From Camelus ferus (Eukaryota), in assembly GCF_009834535.1 (NCBI RefSeq), contig NC_045696.1, positions 122,266,001 through 122,330,000 of the forward strand: a stretch of DNA of 64,000 bases, read 5' to 3'. Both the position numbers and the translations under genes were made by a program. Every line of letters starts with the position of its first letter. Positions within the stretch are counted from its first letter, which is position 1. The notes under the pieces are model-generated. The model searched no databases and was not told the origin of the DNA. It worked only from the letters and a program-made list of their open reading frames with translations. This document shows positions 13,416-27,300 of the stretch, piece by piece.

Positions 13416-16400
13416 ATGTGAAGGACGGCTTTCACACACACTTATCTCTCAGAACTGAGCATGTGGAGAGACGTTCGTTCATCTAGCACAAAGGGAATGT
13501 GTTGCAAGGAAACATTTACTCTGGTTTCTCAGTCTGTTTCCTAGTGCCGGTTTGAAGTTCCTGCAGTTTTCACTGTAAAACTGAGTTGGAGCTCGTACCT
13601 CCCCATATATATGTATGGAGTGGAGTTTGCAACTGAAAAGAAACTTTGTGTTCCCAACAAGCTAGGTGAAGGACGGCTTTCACACACAATTATCTCTCAG
13701 AACTGAGCTTGTGGGGAGACGTTCGTTCATTTAAAACATAGGGAACGGGTTTCTGGAGAAACTTTAACTCTGGTTTCTCAGTCTGTTTCCTAGTGCCGGT
13801 TTGAAGTTCCTGCAGTTTTCACTGTAAAATCGAATTGAAGCTCATACCACCCCATATATATGTATGGACTGGAGTTTGCAAGTGAAAAGAAACTTTGTGT
13901 TCCCAACAAGCTAGGTGAAGGAAGGATTTCACACATACATATCTCACAGAACTGAGCATGTGGAGAGACGTTCGTTCATCTAGCACAAAGGGAACAGGTT
14001 GCAGAAGAAATTATACTCTAGATTCTCAGTCTGTTTCCTAGTGCCTGTTTGAAGTTCCTGCAGTTTTCACTGTAAAACTGAGTTGGAGCTCGTACCTCCC
14101 CATATATATGTATGGAGTGGAGTTTGTAAGTGAAAAGCAACTTTGTGTTCCCAACAAGCTAGTTGAAGGACGGCATTCACACACATTTATCTCTGAGAAC
14201 TAGGCAGGTGGGGAGACGTTCATTCATTTAACACAAAGGGAACCGGTTGCAGGAGAAACTTTTACTCTGGTTTCTCAGTCTTTTTCCTAGTGCCGGTTTG
14301 AAGTTCCTGCAGTTTTCACTGTAAAAGAGAGTTTTAGCTCGTACCTCCCCATTTATGTAAGGAGTGGATTTTCCAAGTTAAAAGAAACTTTGTGTTCCCA
14401 ACAAGCTAGGTGAAGGACGGGTTTCACACACAATTTTCTCTCAGAAGTGAGCATGTGGAGAGACGTTCGTTTATCTAGCACAGAGGGAACGGGTTGCCGG
14501 AGAAAATTTTACTCTGGTTTCTCAGTCTGTTTCCTAGTGCCGGTTTGAAATTCCTGCAGTTTTCACTGTAAAACCGATTTGGAGATCATACCTCCCCATA
14601 TATATGTATGGAGTGGAGTTTGCAAGTGAAAAGAAACTTTGATTTCCCCACAAGCTAGGTGAAGGACGGCTTTCACACTCACATTCTTCTCAGAACTGAG
14701 CATGTGGAAAGACGTTCGTTCATCTAGCACAATGGGAACGGGTTGCAGGAGAAACGTTTACTCTGGTTTCTTAATCTGTTTCCTAGAGTCGGTTTGAAGT
14801 TCCTGCAGTTTTCACTGTAAAACCGAGTTGGAGCTCGTACCTACCCATATAAATGTATGGAGTAGAATTTGCCACTGAATAGAAACTATGTGTTCCCAAC
14901 AAGCTAGTTGAAGGACGGCTTTCACACACACTTATCTCTCAGAACTGAGCATGTGGAGAGACGTTCGTTCATCTAGCACAAAGGGAATGTGTTGCAAGGG
15001 AAACTTTTACTCTGGTTTCTCAGTCTGTTTCCTAGTGCCGGTTTGAAGTTCCTGCAGTTTTCACTGTAAAACTGAGTTGGAGCTCGTACCTCCCCATATA
15101 TATGTATGGAGTGGAGTTTCCAACTGAAAAGAAACTTTGTGTTCCCAACAAGCTAGGTGAAGGACGGCTTTCACACACACTTATCTCTCAGAACTGAGCT
15201 TGTGGGGAGACGTTCGTTCATTTAAAACATAGGGAACGGGTTTCTGGAGAAACTTTAACTCTGGTTTCTCAGTCTGTTTCCTAGTGCCGGTTTGAAGTTC
15301 CTGCAGTTTTCACTGTAAAATCGTATTGAAGCTCATACCTCCCCATATATATGTATGGACTGGAGTTTGCAAGTGAAAAGAAACTTTGTGTTCCCAACAA
15401 GCTAGGTGAAGGACGCCTTTCACACATACATATCTCACAGAACTGAGCATGTGGAGAGACGTTCGTTCATCTAGCACAAAGGGAACGGGTTGCAGAAGAA
15501 ATTATACTCTAGATTCTCAGTCTGTTTCCTAGTGCCTGTTTGAAGTTCCTGCAGTTTTCACTGTAAAACTGAGTTGGAGCTCGTACCTCCCCATATATAT
15601 GTATGGAGTGGAGTTTGTAAGTGAAAAGAAACTTTGTGTTCCCAACAAGCTAGGTGAAGGACGGCATTCACACACACTTATCTCTGAGAACTGAGCAGGT
15701 GGGGAGACGTTCGTTTATTTAACACAAAAGGAAACGGTTGCAGGAGAAACTTTTACTCTGGTTTCTCAGTCTGTTTCCTAGTGCCGGTTTGGAGTTCCTG
15801 CAGTTTTCACTGTAAAAGCGAGTTGGAGCTCGTACCTCCCCATTTATGTAAGGAGTGGATTTTCCAAGTTAAAAGAAACTTTGGGTTCCCAACAAGCAAG
15901 GTGAATGAAGGCTTTCACACACACTTTCTCTCAGAACTGACCATGTGGAAAGACTTTCGTTCATCTTGCAAAAAGGGAACGGGTTGCAGGAGAAACTTTT
16001 AATCTGGAATCTCAGTCTGTTTCCTAGTGCCGGTTTGAAGTTCCTGCAGTTTTCACTGTAAAACAGAGTTGGAGCTCGTACCTCCCCATATATATTTATG
16101 GAGTGGAAAATGCAAGTGAAAAGAAACTTTGTGTTCCCAACAAGATAGATCAAGGAAGGCTTTCACACACACTTATCTCTCAGAACTGAGCATGTGGAGA
16201 GACGTTCGTTCATCTAGCACAAAGGGAACGGGTTGCAGGATAAACTTTTACTCTGGTATCTCAGTTTGTTTCTTAGTGCCTTTTTGAAGATCCTTCAGTT
16301 TTCACTGTAAAAACGATTTGGAGCTCGTGCCTCCCTTTCTATATGTATGGAGTGGAGTTTGCAACTGAAAAGAAACTTTGTGTTCCCCACAAGCTAGATC

Positions 16401-19400
16401 AAGGTCGGCTTTCACACACACTTATCTCTCAGAACTGAGCATGTGGAGAGACGTACGTTCATCTAGCACAAAGGGAACGGGATGCAGGAGAAACATTTAC
16501 TCTGGTATCTAAGTCTGTTTCCTAGTGCCGGTTTGAAGTTCCTGCAGTTTTCACTGTAAAACCGAGTTTGAGCTAGTACAACCCCATATATATGTATGTA
16601 GTGGAGTTTGCAAGTGAAAAGAAACTTTGCTTTCCCAAAAAGCTTGGTGAAGGACGGCTTTCACACACACTTTTCTCTCAGAACTGAGCATGTGGAGAGA
16701 CGATGGTTCATGTAGCACAAAGGGAACGGGTTGCAGGAGAAACTTTTACTCAGTTTTCTCAGTCTTTTTCCTAGTGCCGGTATGAAGTTACTGCAGTTTT
16801 CACTGTAAAACCGAGTTGGAGCTCGTACCTCCCCAAATATATGTATGGAGTGGAATATGCAAGTGAAAAGAAACTTTGTGTTCCCAACAAGCTAGGTGAA
16901 GGACGGCTTTCACACACACATTTCTCTCAGAAATTACCATGTGGAGAGACGTTCGTTCATCTTGCAAAAAGGGAACGGGTTGCAGGAGAAACTTTTACTC
17001 TGGTTTCTCAGTCAGTTTCCTAGTGCCGGTTGAAGTTCCTGCAGTTTTCACTGTAAAACCAAGTTGGAGCTCGTACCTCCCCATATATATGTATGGAGTG
17101 GAATTTGCAACTGAAAAGAAACTTTGTGTTCCCAACAATCTAGGTGAAGGACTGTTCTCACACACACTTATCCCTCAGAACTGAGCATTTGGAGAGACGT
17201 TCGTTTATCTAGCACAAAGGGAACGTGTTGCAGAAGAAGTTATACTGTAGATTCTCACTCAGTATCCTAGTGCCGGTTTGAAGTTCCTGCAGTTTTCACT
17301 GTAAAACCGAGTTGGAGCTCGTACCTCCCCATATATATGTATAGAGTGGAGTTTGCAAATGAAAAGCAACATTTTGTTCAAACAAGCTAGGTGAAGGAAG
17401 GCTTTCACACACAACTATCTCTCAGAACTGAGCATATGGAGAGACGTTCGTTCATCTAGCACAATGGGAACGGGTTGCAGGAGAATCTTTTACTCTGGTT
17501 TCTCAGTCTGTTTCCTAGTGCCGGTTTGAAGTTCCTGCAGTTTCCACTGTAAAACCGAGTTGGTGCTCGTACCTCCCCATAAATATGTATGGAGTGGAGT
17601 TTGCAATTGAATAGAAACTTTGGGTTCCCAACAAGCAAGGTGAAGGATGGCTTTCACACTCACTTTCTCTCAGAACTGACCATGTGGAAAGACGTTCGTT
17701 CATCTTGCAAAAAGGGAACGGGTTGCAGGAGAAACTTTTCTCTGGTTTCTCAGTCTTTTTCCTAGTGCCGGTTGAAGTTCCTGCAGTTTTCACTGTAAAA
17801 CAGAGTTGGAGCTCGTGCCTCCCCATATATATGTATGGAGTGGAATTTGCAACTGAAAAGAAACTTTGTGTTCCCAACAATCTAGGTGAAGGACGGTTCT
17901 CACACACACTTATCTCTCAGAACTGAGCATGTGGAGAGACGTTCGTTTATCTAGCACAAAGGGAACGTGTTGTAGAAGAAATTATACTGTAGATTCTCAC
18001 TCGGTTTCCTAGTGCCGGTTTGAAGTTCCTGCAATTTTCACTGTAAAACTTAGTTGGATCTCGTACCTCCCCATATATATGTATGGAGTGGAGTTTGCAA
18101 ATGTAAAGGAACTTTGTGTTCAAACAAACTAGGTGAAGGAATTCTTTCACACACACCTATCTCTCAGAACTGAGCATGTGGAGAGATGTTCGTTCATCTA
18201 GAACAAATGGATCGGTTTGCAGGAAAAACTTTTACTCTGGTTTCTCAGTCTTTTTCCTAGTGCCGGTTAAAAGTTCCTGCTGTTTTCACTGTAATACCGT
18301 GTTGGAGCTCTTAACTCCCCATATATATGTATGGAGTGGAGTTTGCAACTGAAAAGACACTTTGTGTTCCCAACAAGCTACGTGAAGGACGGCTTTCACA
18401 CACACTTAACTCTCAGAACTGAGAATGTGGAGAGACGTTCGTTCATCTAGCACAAAGGGAACGGGTTGCAGGAGAAACTTTTACTCTGGTATCTCAGTCT
18501 GTTTCCTACTGCCGGTTTGAAGTTCCTGCAGTTTTCACTGTAAAACCGAGCTGGAGCTTGTACCTCCCCATATATATGTATGGAGTAGAATTTGCCACTG
18601 AAAAGAAACTTTGTGTTCCCAACAAGCTATGTGAAGGACGGCTTTCACACACACTTATCTCTCAGAACTGAGCATGTGGAGAGACGTTCGTTCATCTAGC
18701 ACAAAGGGAATGTGTTGCAAGGAAACATTTACTCTGGTTTCTCAGTCTGTTTCCTAGTGCCGGTTTGAAGTTCCTGCAGTTTTCACTGTAAAACTGAGTT
18801 GGAGCTCGTACCTCCCCATATATATGTATGGAGTGGAGTTTGCAACTGAAAAGAAACTTTGTGTTCCCAACAAGCTAGGTGAAGGACGGCTTTCACACAC
18901 AATTATCTCTCAGGACTGAGCTTGTGGGGAGACGTTCGTTCATTTAAAACATAGGGAACGGGTTTCTGGAGAAACTTTAACTCTGGTTCCTCAGTCTGTT
19001 TCCTAGTGCCGGTTTGAAGTTCCTGCAGTTTTCACTGTAAAATCGAATTGAAGCTCATACCACCCCATATATATGTATGGACTGGAGTTTGCAAGTGAAA
19101 AGAAACTTTGTGTTCCCAACAAGCTAGGTGAAGGAAGGATTTCACACATACATATCTCACAGAACTGAGCATGTGGAGAGACGTTCGTTCATCTAGCACA
19201 AAGGGAACAGGTTGCAGAAGAAATTATACTCTAGATTCTCAGTCTGTTTCCTAGTGCCTGTTTGAACTTCCTGCAGTTTTCACTGTAAAACTGAGTTGGA
19301 GCTCGTACCTCCCCATATATATGTATGGAGTGGAGTTTGTAAGTGAAAAGCAACTTTGTGTTCCCAACAAGCTAGTTGAAGGACGGCATTCACACACATT

Positions 19401-22400
19401 TATCTCTGAGAACTAGGCAGGTGGGGAGACGTTCATTCATTTAACACAAAGGGAACCGGTTGCAGGAGAAACTTTCACTCTGGTTTCTCAGTCTTTTTCC
19501 TAGTGCCGGTTTGAAGTTCCTGCAGTTTTCACTGTAAAAGAGAGTTTTAGCTCGTACCTCCCCATTTATGTAAGGAGTGGATTTTCCAAGTTAAAAGAAA
19601 CTTTGTGTTCCCAACAAGCTAGGTGAAGGACGGGATTCACACACAATTTTCTCTCAGAAGTGAGCATGTGGAGAGACGTTCGTTTATCTAGCACAGAGGG
19701 AACGGGTTGCCGGAGAAAATTTTACTCTGGTTTCTCAGACTGTTTCCTAGTGCCGGTTTGAAATTCCTGCAGTTTTCACTGTAAAACCGATTTGGAGATC
19801 ATACCTCCCCATATATATGTATGGAGTGGAGTTTGCAAGTGAAAAGAAACTTTGATTTCCCCACAAGCTAGGTGAAGGACGGCTTTCACACTCACATTCT
19901 TCTCAGAACTGAGCATGTGGAAAGACGTTCGTTCATCTAGCACAATGGGAACGGGTTGCAGGAGAAACGTTTACTCTGGTTTCTTAATCTGTTTCCTAGA
20001 GTCGGTTTGAAGTTCCTGCAGTTTTCACTGTAAAACCGAGTTGGAGCTCGTACCTACCCATATAAATGTATGGAGTAGAATTTGCCACTGAAAAGAAACT
20101 ATGTGTTCCCAACAAGCTAGTTGAAGGACGGCTTTCACACACACTTATCTCTCAGAACTGAGCATGTGGAGAGACGTTCGTTCATCTAGCACAAAGGGAA
20201 TGTGTTGCAAGGGAAACTTTTACTCTGGTTTCTCAGTCTGTTTCCTAGTGCCGGTTTGAAGTTCCTGCAGTTTTCACTGTAAAACTGAGTTGGAGCTCGT
20301 ACCTCCCCATATATATGTATGGAGTGGAGTTTGCAACTGAAAAGACACTTTGTGTTCCCAACAAGCTACGTGAAGGACGGCTTTCACACACACTTAACTC
20401 TCAGAACTGAGAATGTGGAGAGACGTTCGTTCATCTAGCACAAAGGGAACGGGTTGCAGGAGAAACTTTTACTCTGTTATCTCAGTCTGTTTCCTACTGC
20501 CGGTTTGAAGTTCCTGCAGTTTTCACTGTAAAACCGAGCTGGAGCTTGTACCTCCCCATATATATGTATGGAGTAGAATTTGCCACTGAAAAGAAACTTT
20601 GTGTTCCCAACAAGCTATGTGAAGGACGGCTTTCACACACACTTATCTCTCAGAACTGAGCATGTGGAGAGACGTTCGTTCATCTAGCACAAAGGGAATG
20701 TGTTGCAAGGAAACATTTACTCTGGTTTCTCAGTCTGTTTCCTAGTGCCGGTTTGAAGTTCCTGCAGTTTTCACTGTAAAACTGAGTTGGAGCTCGTACC
20801 TCCCCATATATATGTATGGAGTGGAGTTTGCAACTGAAAAGAAACTTTGTGTTCCCAACAAGCTAGGTGAAGGACGGCTTTCACACACAATTATCTCTCA
20901 GAACTGAGCTTGTGGGGAGACGTTCGTTCATTTAAAACATAGGGAACGGGTTTCTGGAGAAACTTTAACTCTGGTTTCTCAGTCTGTTTCCTAGTGCCGG
21001 TTTGAAGTTCCTGCAGTTTTCACTGTAAAATCGAATTGAAGCTCATACCACCCCATATATATGTATGGACTGGAGTTTGCAAGTGAAAAGAAACTTTGTG
21101 TTCCCAACAAGCTAGGTGAAGGAAGGATTTCACACATACATATCTCACAGAACTGAGCATGTGGAGAGACGTTCGTTCATCTAGCACAAAGGGAACAGGT
21201 TGCAGAAGAAATTATACTCTAGATTCTCAGTCTGTTTCCTAGTGCCTGTTTGAAGTTCCTGCAGTTTTCACTGTAAAACTGAGTTGGAGCTCGTACCTCC
21301 CCATATATATGTATGGAGTGGAGTTTGTAAGTGAAAAGCAACTTTGTGTTCCCAACAAGCTAGTTGAAGGACGGCATTCACACACATTTATCTCTGAGAA
21401 CTAGGCAGGTGGGGAGACGTTCATTCATTTAACACAAAGGGAACCGGTTGCAGGAGAAACTTTTACTCTGGTTTCTCAGTCTTTTTCCTAGTGCCGGTTT
21501 GAAGTTCCTGCAGTTTTCACTGTAAAAGAGAGTTTTAGCTCGTACCTCCCCATTTATGTAAGGAGTGGATTTTCCAAGTTAAAAGAAACTTTGTGTTCCC
21601 AACAACCTAGGTGAAGGACGGGTTTCACACACAATTTTCTCTCAGAAGTGAGCATGTGGAGAGACGTTCGTTTATCTAGCACAGAGGGAACGGGTTGCCG
21701 GAGAAAATTTTACTCTGGTATCTCAGTCTGTTTCCTAGTGCCGGTTTGAAATTCCTGCAGTTTTCACTGTAAAACCGATTTGGAGATCATACCTCCCCAT
21801 ATATATGTATGGAGTGGAGTTTGCAAGTGAAAAGAAACTTTGATTTCCCCACAAGCTAGGTGAAGGACGGCTTTCACACTCACATTCTTCTCAGAACTGA
21901 GCATGTGGAAAGACGTTCGTTCATCTAGCACAATGGGAACGGGTTGCAGGAGAAACGTTTACTCTGGTTTCTTAATCTGTTTCCTAGAGTCGGTTTGAAG
22001 TTCCTGCAGTTTTCAGTGTAAAACCGAGTTGGAGCTCGTACCTACCCATATAAATGTATGGAGTAGAATTTGCCACTGAAAAGAAACTATGTGTTCCCAA
22101 CAAGCTAGTTGAAGGACGGCTTTCACACACACTTATCTCTCAGAACTGAGCATGTGGAGAGACGTTCGTTCATCTAGCACAAAGGGAATGTGTTGCAAGG
22201 GAAACTTTTACTCTGGTTTCTCAGTCTGTTTCCTAGTGCCGGTTTGAAGTTCCTGCAGTTTTCACTGTAAAACTGAGTTGGAGCTCGTACCTCCCCATAT
22301 ATATGTATGGAGTGGAGTTTGCAACTGAAAAGAAACTTTGTGTTCCCAACAAGCTAGGTGAAGGACGGCTTTCACACACACTTATCTCTCAGAACTGAGC

Positions 22401-24370
22401 TTGTGGGGAGACGTTCGTTCATTTAAAACATAGGGAACGGGTTTCTGGAGAAACTTTAACTCTGGTTTCTCAGTCTGTTTCCTAGTGCCGGTTTGAAGTT
22501 CCTGCAGTTTTCACTGTAAAATCGTATTGAAGCTCATACCTCCCCATATATATGTATGGACTGGAGTTTGCAAGTGAAAAGAAACTTTGTGTTCCCAACA
22601 AGCTAGGTGAAGGACGCCTTTCACACATACATATCTCACAGAACTGAGCATGTGGAGAGACGTTCGTTCATCTAGCACAAAGGGAACGGGTTGCAGAAGA
22701 AATTATACTCTAGATTCTCAGTCTGTTTCCTAGTGCCTGTTTGAAGTTCCTGCAGTTTTCACTGTAAAACTGAGTTGGAGCTCGTACCTCCCCATATATA
22801 TGTATGGAGTGGAGTTTGTAAGTGAAAAGAAACTTTGTGTTCCCAACAAGCTAGGTGAAGGACGGCATTCACACACACTTATCTCTGAGAACTGAGCAGG
22901 TGGGGAGACGTTCGTTTATTTAACACAAAGGAAACGGTTGCAGGAGAAACTTTTACTCTGGTTTCTCAGTCTGTTTCCTAGTGCCGGTTTGGAGTTCCTG
23001 CAGTTTTCACTGTAAAAGCGAGTTGGAGCTCGTACCTCCCCATTTATGTAAGGAGTGGATTTTCCAAGTTAAAAGAAACTTTGGGTTCCCAACAAGCAAG
23101 GTGAATGAAGGCTTTCACACACACTTTCTCTCAGAACTGACCATGTGGAAAGACTTTCGTTCATCTTGCAAAAAGGGAACGGGTTGCAGGAGAAACTTTT
23201 AATCTGGAATCTCAGTCTGTTTCCTAGTGCCGGTTTGAAGTTCCTGCAGTTTTCACTGTAAAACAGAGTTGGAGCTCGTACCTCCCCATATATAATTATG
23301 GAGTGGAAAATGCAAGTGAAAAGAAACTTTGTGTTCCCAACAAGATAGATCAAGGAAGGCTTTCACACACACTTATCTCTCAGAACTGAGCATGTGGAGA
23401 GACGTTCGTTCATCTAGCACAAAGGGAACGGGTTGCAGGATAAACTTTTACTCTGGTATCTCAGTTTGTTTCTTAGTGCCTTTTTGAAGATCCTTCAGTT
23501 TTCACTGTAAAAACGATTTGGAGCTCGTGCCTCCCTTTCTATATGTATGGAGTGGAGTTTGCAACTGAAAAGAAACTTTGTGTTCCCCACAAGCTAGATC
23601 AAGGACGGCTTTCACACACACTTATCTCTCAGAACTGAGCATGTGGAGAGACGTACGTTCATCTAGCACAAAGGGAACGGGATGCAGGAGAAACATTTAC
23701 TCTGGTATCTAAGTCTGTTTCCTAGTGCCGGTTTGAAGTTCCTGCAGTTTTCACTGTAAAACCGAGTTTGAGCTAGTACAACCCCATATATATGTATGTA
23801 GTGGAGTTTGCAAGTGAAAAGAAACTTTGCTTTCCCAAAAAGCTTGGTGAAGGACGGCTTTCACACACACTTTTCTCTCAGAACTGAGCATGTGGAGAGA
23901 CGATGGTTCATGTAGCACAAAGGGAACGGGTTGCAGGAGAAACTTTTACTCAGTTTTCTCAGTCTTTTTCCTAGTGCCGGTATGAAGTTACTGCAGTTTT
24001 CACTGTAAAACCGAGTTGGAGCTCGTACCTCCCCAAATATATGTATGGAGTGGAATATGCAAGTGAAAAGAAACTTTGTGTTCCCAACAAGCTAGGTGAA
24101 GGACGGCTTTCACACACACATTTCTCTCAGAAATTACCATGTGGAGAGACGTTCGTTCATCTTGCAAAAAGGGAACGGGTTGCAGGAGAAACTTTTACTC
24201 TGGTTTCTCAGTCAGTTTCCTAGTGCCGGTTGAAGTTCCTGCAGTTTTCACTGTAAAACCAAGTTGGAGCTCGTACCTCCCCATATATATGTATGGAGTG
24301 GAATTTGCAACTGAAAAGAAACTTTGTGTTCCCAACAATCTAGGTGAAGGACTGTTCTCACACACACTTA
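13270..24370 (+). repeat. ~3.9-kb block (13270-17170) repeated at 20470-24370 (offset 7200-7201, 29 monomers); partial third copy from ~18480
   Basis: ORF pairs 15781/22981, 15869/23069, 16841/24041 and 16939/24139 are offset by 7200. The private variants GAACTAGGCAGG and AAAAGAGAGTTTTAGC occur three times (~14200, ~19410, ~21400). Confidence 0.92.
18330..22330 (+). repeat. Tandem duplication of an 8-monomer (1988-bp) unit
   Basis: Private variant GAAAAGACACTTTG...CACTTAACTCTCAGAACTGAGAATG at 18351 and 20339. Downstream variants continue at the same offset (GGGAAACTTT at 20211/22199). Confidence 0.9.
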
Positions 24371-27300
24371 TCTCTCAGAACTGAGCATGTGGAGAGACGT
24401 TCGTTTATCTAGCACAAAGGGAACTTGTTGCAGAAGAAGTTATACTGTAGATTCTCACTGTGTTTCCTAGTTCCGGTTTGAAGTTCCTCCAATTTTCACT
24501 GTAAAACCGAGTTGGAGCTGGTACCTCCCCATATATATGTATGGAGTGGAGTTTGCTAATGAAAAGCAACTTTTTGTTCAAACAAGCTAGGTGAAGGAAG
24601 GCTTTCACACACACCTATTTCTCAGAACTGAGCATATGGAGAGACGTTCGTTCATCTAGCACAATGGGAACGGGTTGCAGGAGAATTTTTTACTCTGGTT
24701 TGCCAGTCTTTTTCCTAGTGCCGGTTACAAGTTCCTGCAGTTTTCACTGTAATACCGTGTTTTAGCTCTTACCTACCCATATATATGTATGGAGTGGAGT
24801 TTGCAACTGAAAAGAAACTTTGTGTTCCCAACAAGCTACGTGAAGGACGGCTTTCACACACACTTATCCCTCAGAACTGAGCATGTGGAGAGACGTTCGT
24901 TCATCTAGCACAAAGGGAACGGATTGAAGGAGAAACTTTAACTCTGGTATCTCAGTATGTTTCTTAGTGCCGGTTTGAAGTTCCTTCAGTTTTCACTGTA
25001 AAACCGAATTGGAGCTCGTGCCTACCCTTCTATATGTATGGAGTGGAGTTTGCACCTGAAAAGAAACTTTGATTTCCCAACAAGCTATGTGTAGAACGGC
25101 TTTCACACACACTTATCTCTAAGAACTGAGCATGTGGAGAGACGTTCGTTCATCTAGCACAAAGGGAACGGGTTGCAGGAGAAACTTTTACTCTGGCATC
25201 TCAGTCTGTTTCCTAGTGCCGCTTTGAAGTTACTGCAGTTTTCACTGTAAAACCGAGTTGGAGCTCGTACCTCCCCATATATATGTATGGAGTGGAGTTT
25301 GCAAGTGAAAAGAAACTTTATGTTCCCAACAAGTTAGGTGAAGGGCGGCTTTCACACACACTTATATCTCAGAACTGAGCATGTGGAGAGACGTTCGTTC
25401 ATCTAGCACAAAGAGAACGTGTAGCAGAAAAAATTATACTCTAGATTCTCAGTCTGTTTCCTAGTGCCGGTTTGAAGTTCCTGCAGTTTTCACTGTAAAA
25501 CTGATTTGGAGCTCGTACCTCCCCTTATATATGTATGGAGTGGAGTTTGCAACTGAAAAGAAACTTTGTGTTCCCAACAAGCTAGGTGAAGGACGTCTTT
25601 CACACACACTTATATCTCAGAACTGAGCATGTGGAGAGACGTTCGTTCATCTAGCACAAAGAGAACGTGAAGCAGAAGGAATTATACTCTAGATTCTCAG
25701 TCTGTTTCCTAGTGCCGGTTTGAAGTTCCTGCAGTTTTCACTGTAAAACCGAGTTGGAGCTCGTACCTCCCCATATGTATGTATGGAGTGGAATTTGCAA
25801 CTGAAAAGAAACTTTGTGTTCCCAACAATCTAGGTGAAGGACGGTTCTCACACACACTTATCTCTCAGAACTGAGCATGTGGAGAGACGTTCGTTTATCT
25901 AGCACAAAGGGAATGTTTTGCAGAAGAAATTATACTGTAGATTCTCACTCTGTTTCCTAGTGCCGGTATAAAGTTCCTGCAAATTTCACTGTAAAACCGA
26001 GTTGGATCTCGTACCTTCCCATATATATGTATGGAGTGGAGTTTGCAAATGAAATGCAACTTTTTGTTCAAACAAGCTAGGTGAAGGAAGGCTTTCACAC
26101 ACACCTATCTCTCAGAACTGAGCATATGGAGAGACGTTCGTTCATCTAGCACAATGGGAACGGGTTGCAGGAGAATCTTTTTCTCTGTTGTCTCAGTCTG
26201 TTTCCTAGTGCCGGGTTGAAGTTCCTGCAGTTTCCACTGTAAAACCGTGTTGGTGCTCGTACCTCCCCATAAATATTTATGGAGTGGAGTTTGCAAATGA
26301 ATAGATACTTTGGGTTCCCAACAAGCAAGGTGAAGGAAGGCTTCCACACACACTTTCTCTCAGAACTGACCATGTGGAAAGACGTTCGTTCATCTTGCAA
26401 AAAGGGAACGGGTTGCAGGAGAAATTTTTACTCTGGAATCTCAGTCTGTTTCCTAGTGCCGGTTTGAAGTTCCTGCAGTTTTCACTGTAAAACAGAGTTG
26501 GAGCTCGTACCTCCCCATATATATTTATGGAGTGGAGATTGCAAGTGAAAAGAATCTTTGTGTTCCCAACAAGTTAGATCAAGGACGGCTTTCACACACA
26601 CTTATCTCTCAGAAATGAGCATGTGGAGAGTTGTTCGTTCATCCAGAACAAATGGATCGGGTTGCAGGAAAAACTTTTACTCTGTTTTCTCAGTCTTTTT
26701 CCTAGTGCCGGTTAGAATTTCCTGCAGTTTTCACTGTAATACCGTGTTGGAGCTCTTACCTCCCCATATATATGTAAGGAGTGGAGTTTGAAACTGAAAA
26801 GAAACTTTGATTTCCCAACAAACTATGTGTAGTACGGCTTTCACACACACTTATCTCTAAGAACTGAGCATGTGGAGAGACGTTCGTTCATCTAGTACAA
26901 AGGGAACGGGTTGCAGGGAAACTTTTACTCTGGTATCTCAATCTGTTTCCTACTGCCGGTTTGAAGTTACTGCAGTTTTCACTGTAAAACCGAGTTGGAG
27001 CTCGTACCTCCCCATATATATGTATGGAGTGGAATTTGCCAGTGAAAAGAAACTTTGTGTTCCCAACAAGCTAGGTGAAGGACGGCTTTTACACACACTT
27101 ATCTCACAGAACTGACCATGTGGAGAGACGTTCGTTCATCTAGCACAAAGGGAACGGGTTGCAGAAAAAATTATACTCTAGATTCTCAGTCTGTTTCCTA
27201 GTGCCTGTTTGAAGTTCCTGCAGTTTTCACTGTAAAACTGAGTTGGAGCTCGTACCTCCCCATATATATGTATGGAGTGGAGTTTGCAAGTGAAAAGAAA

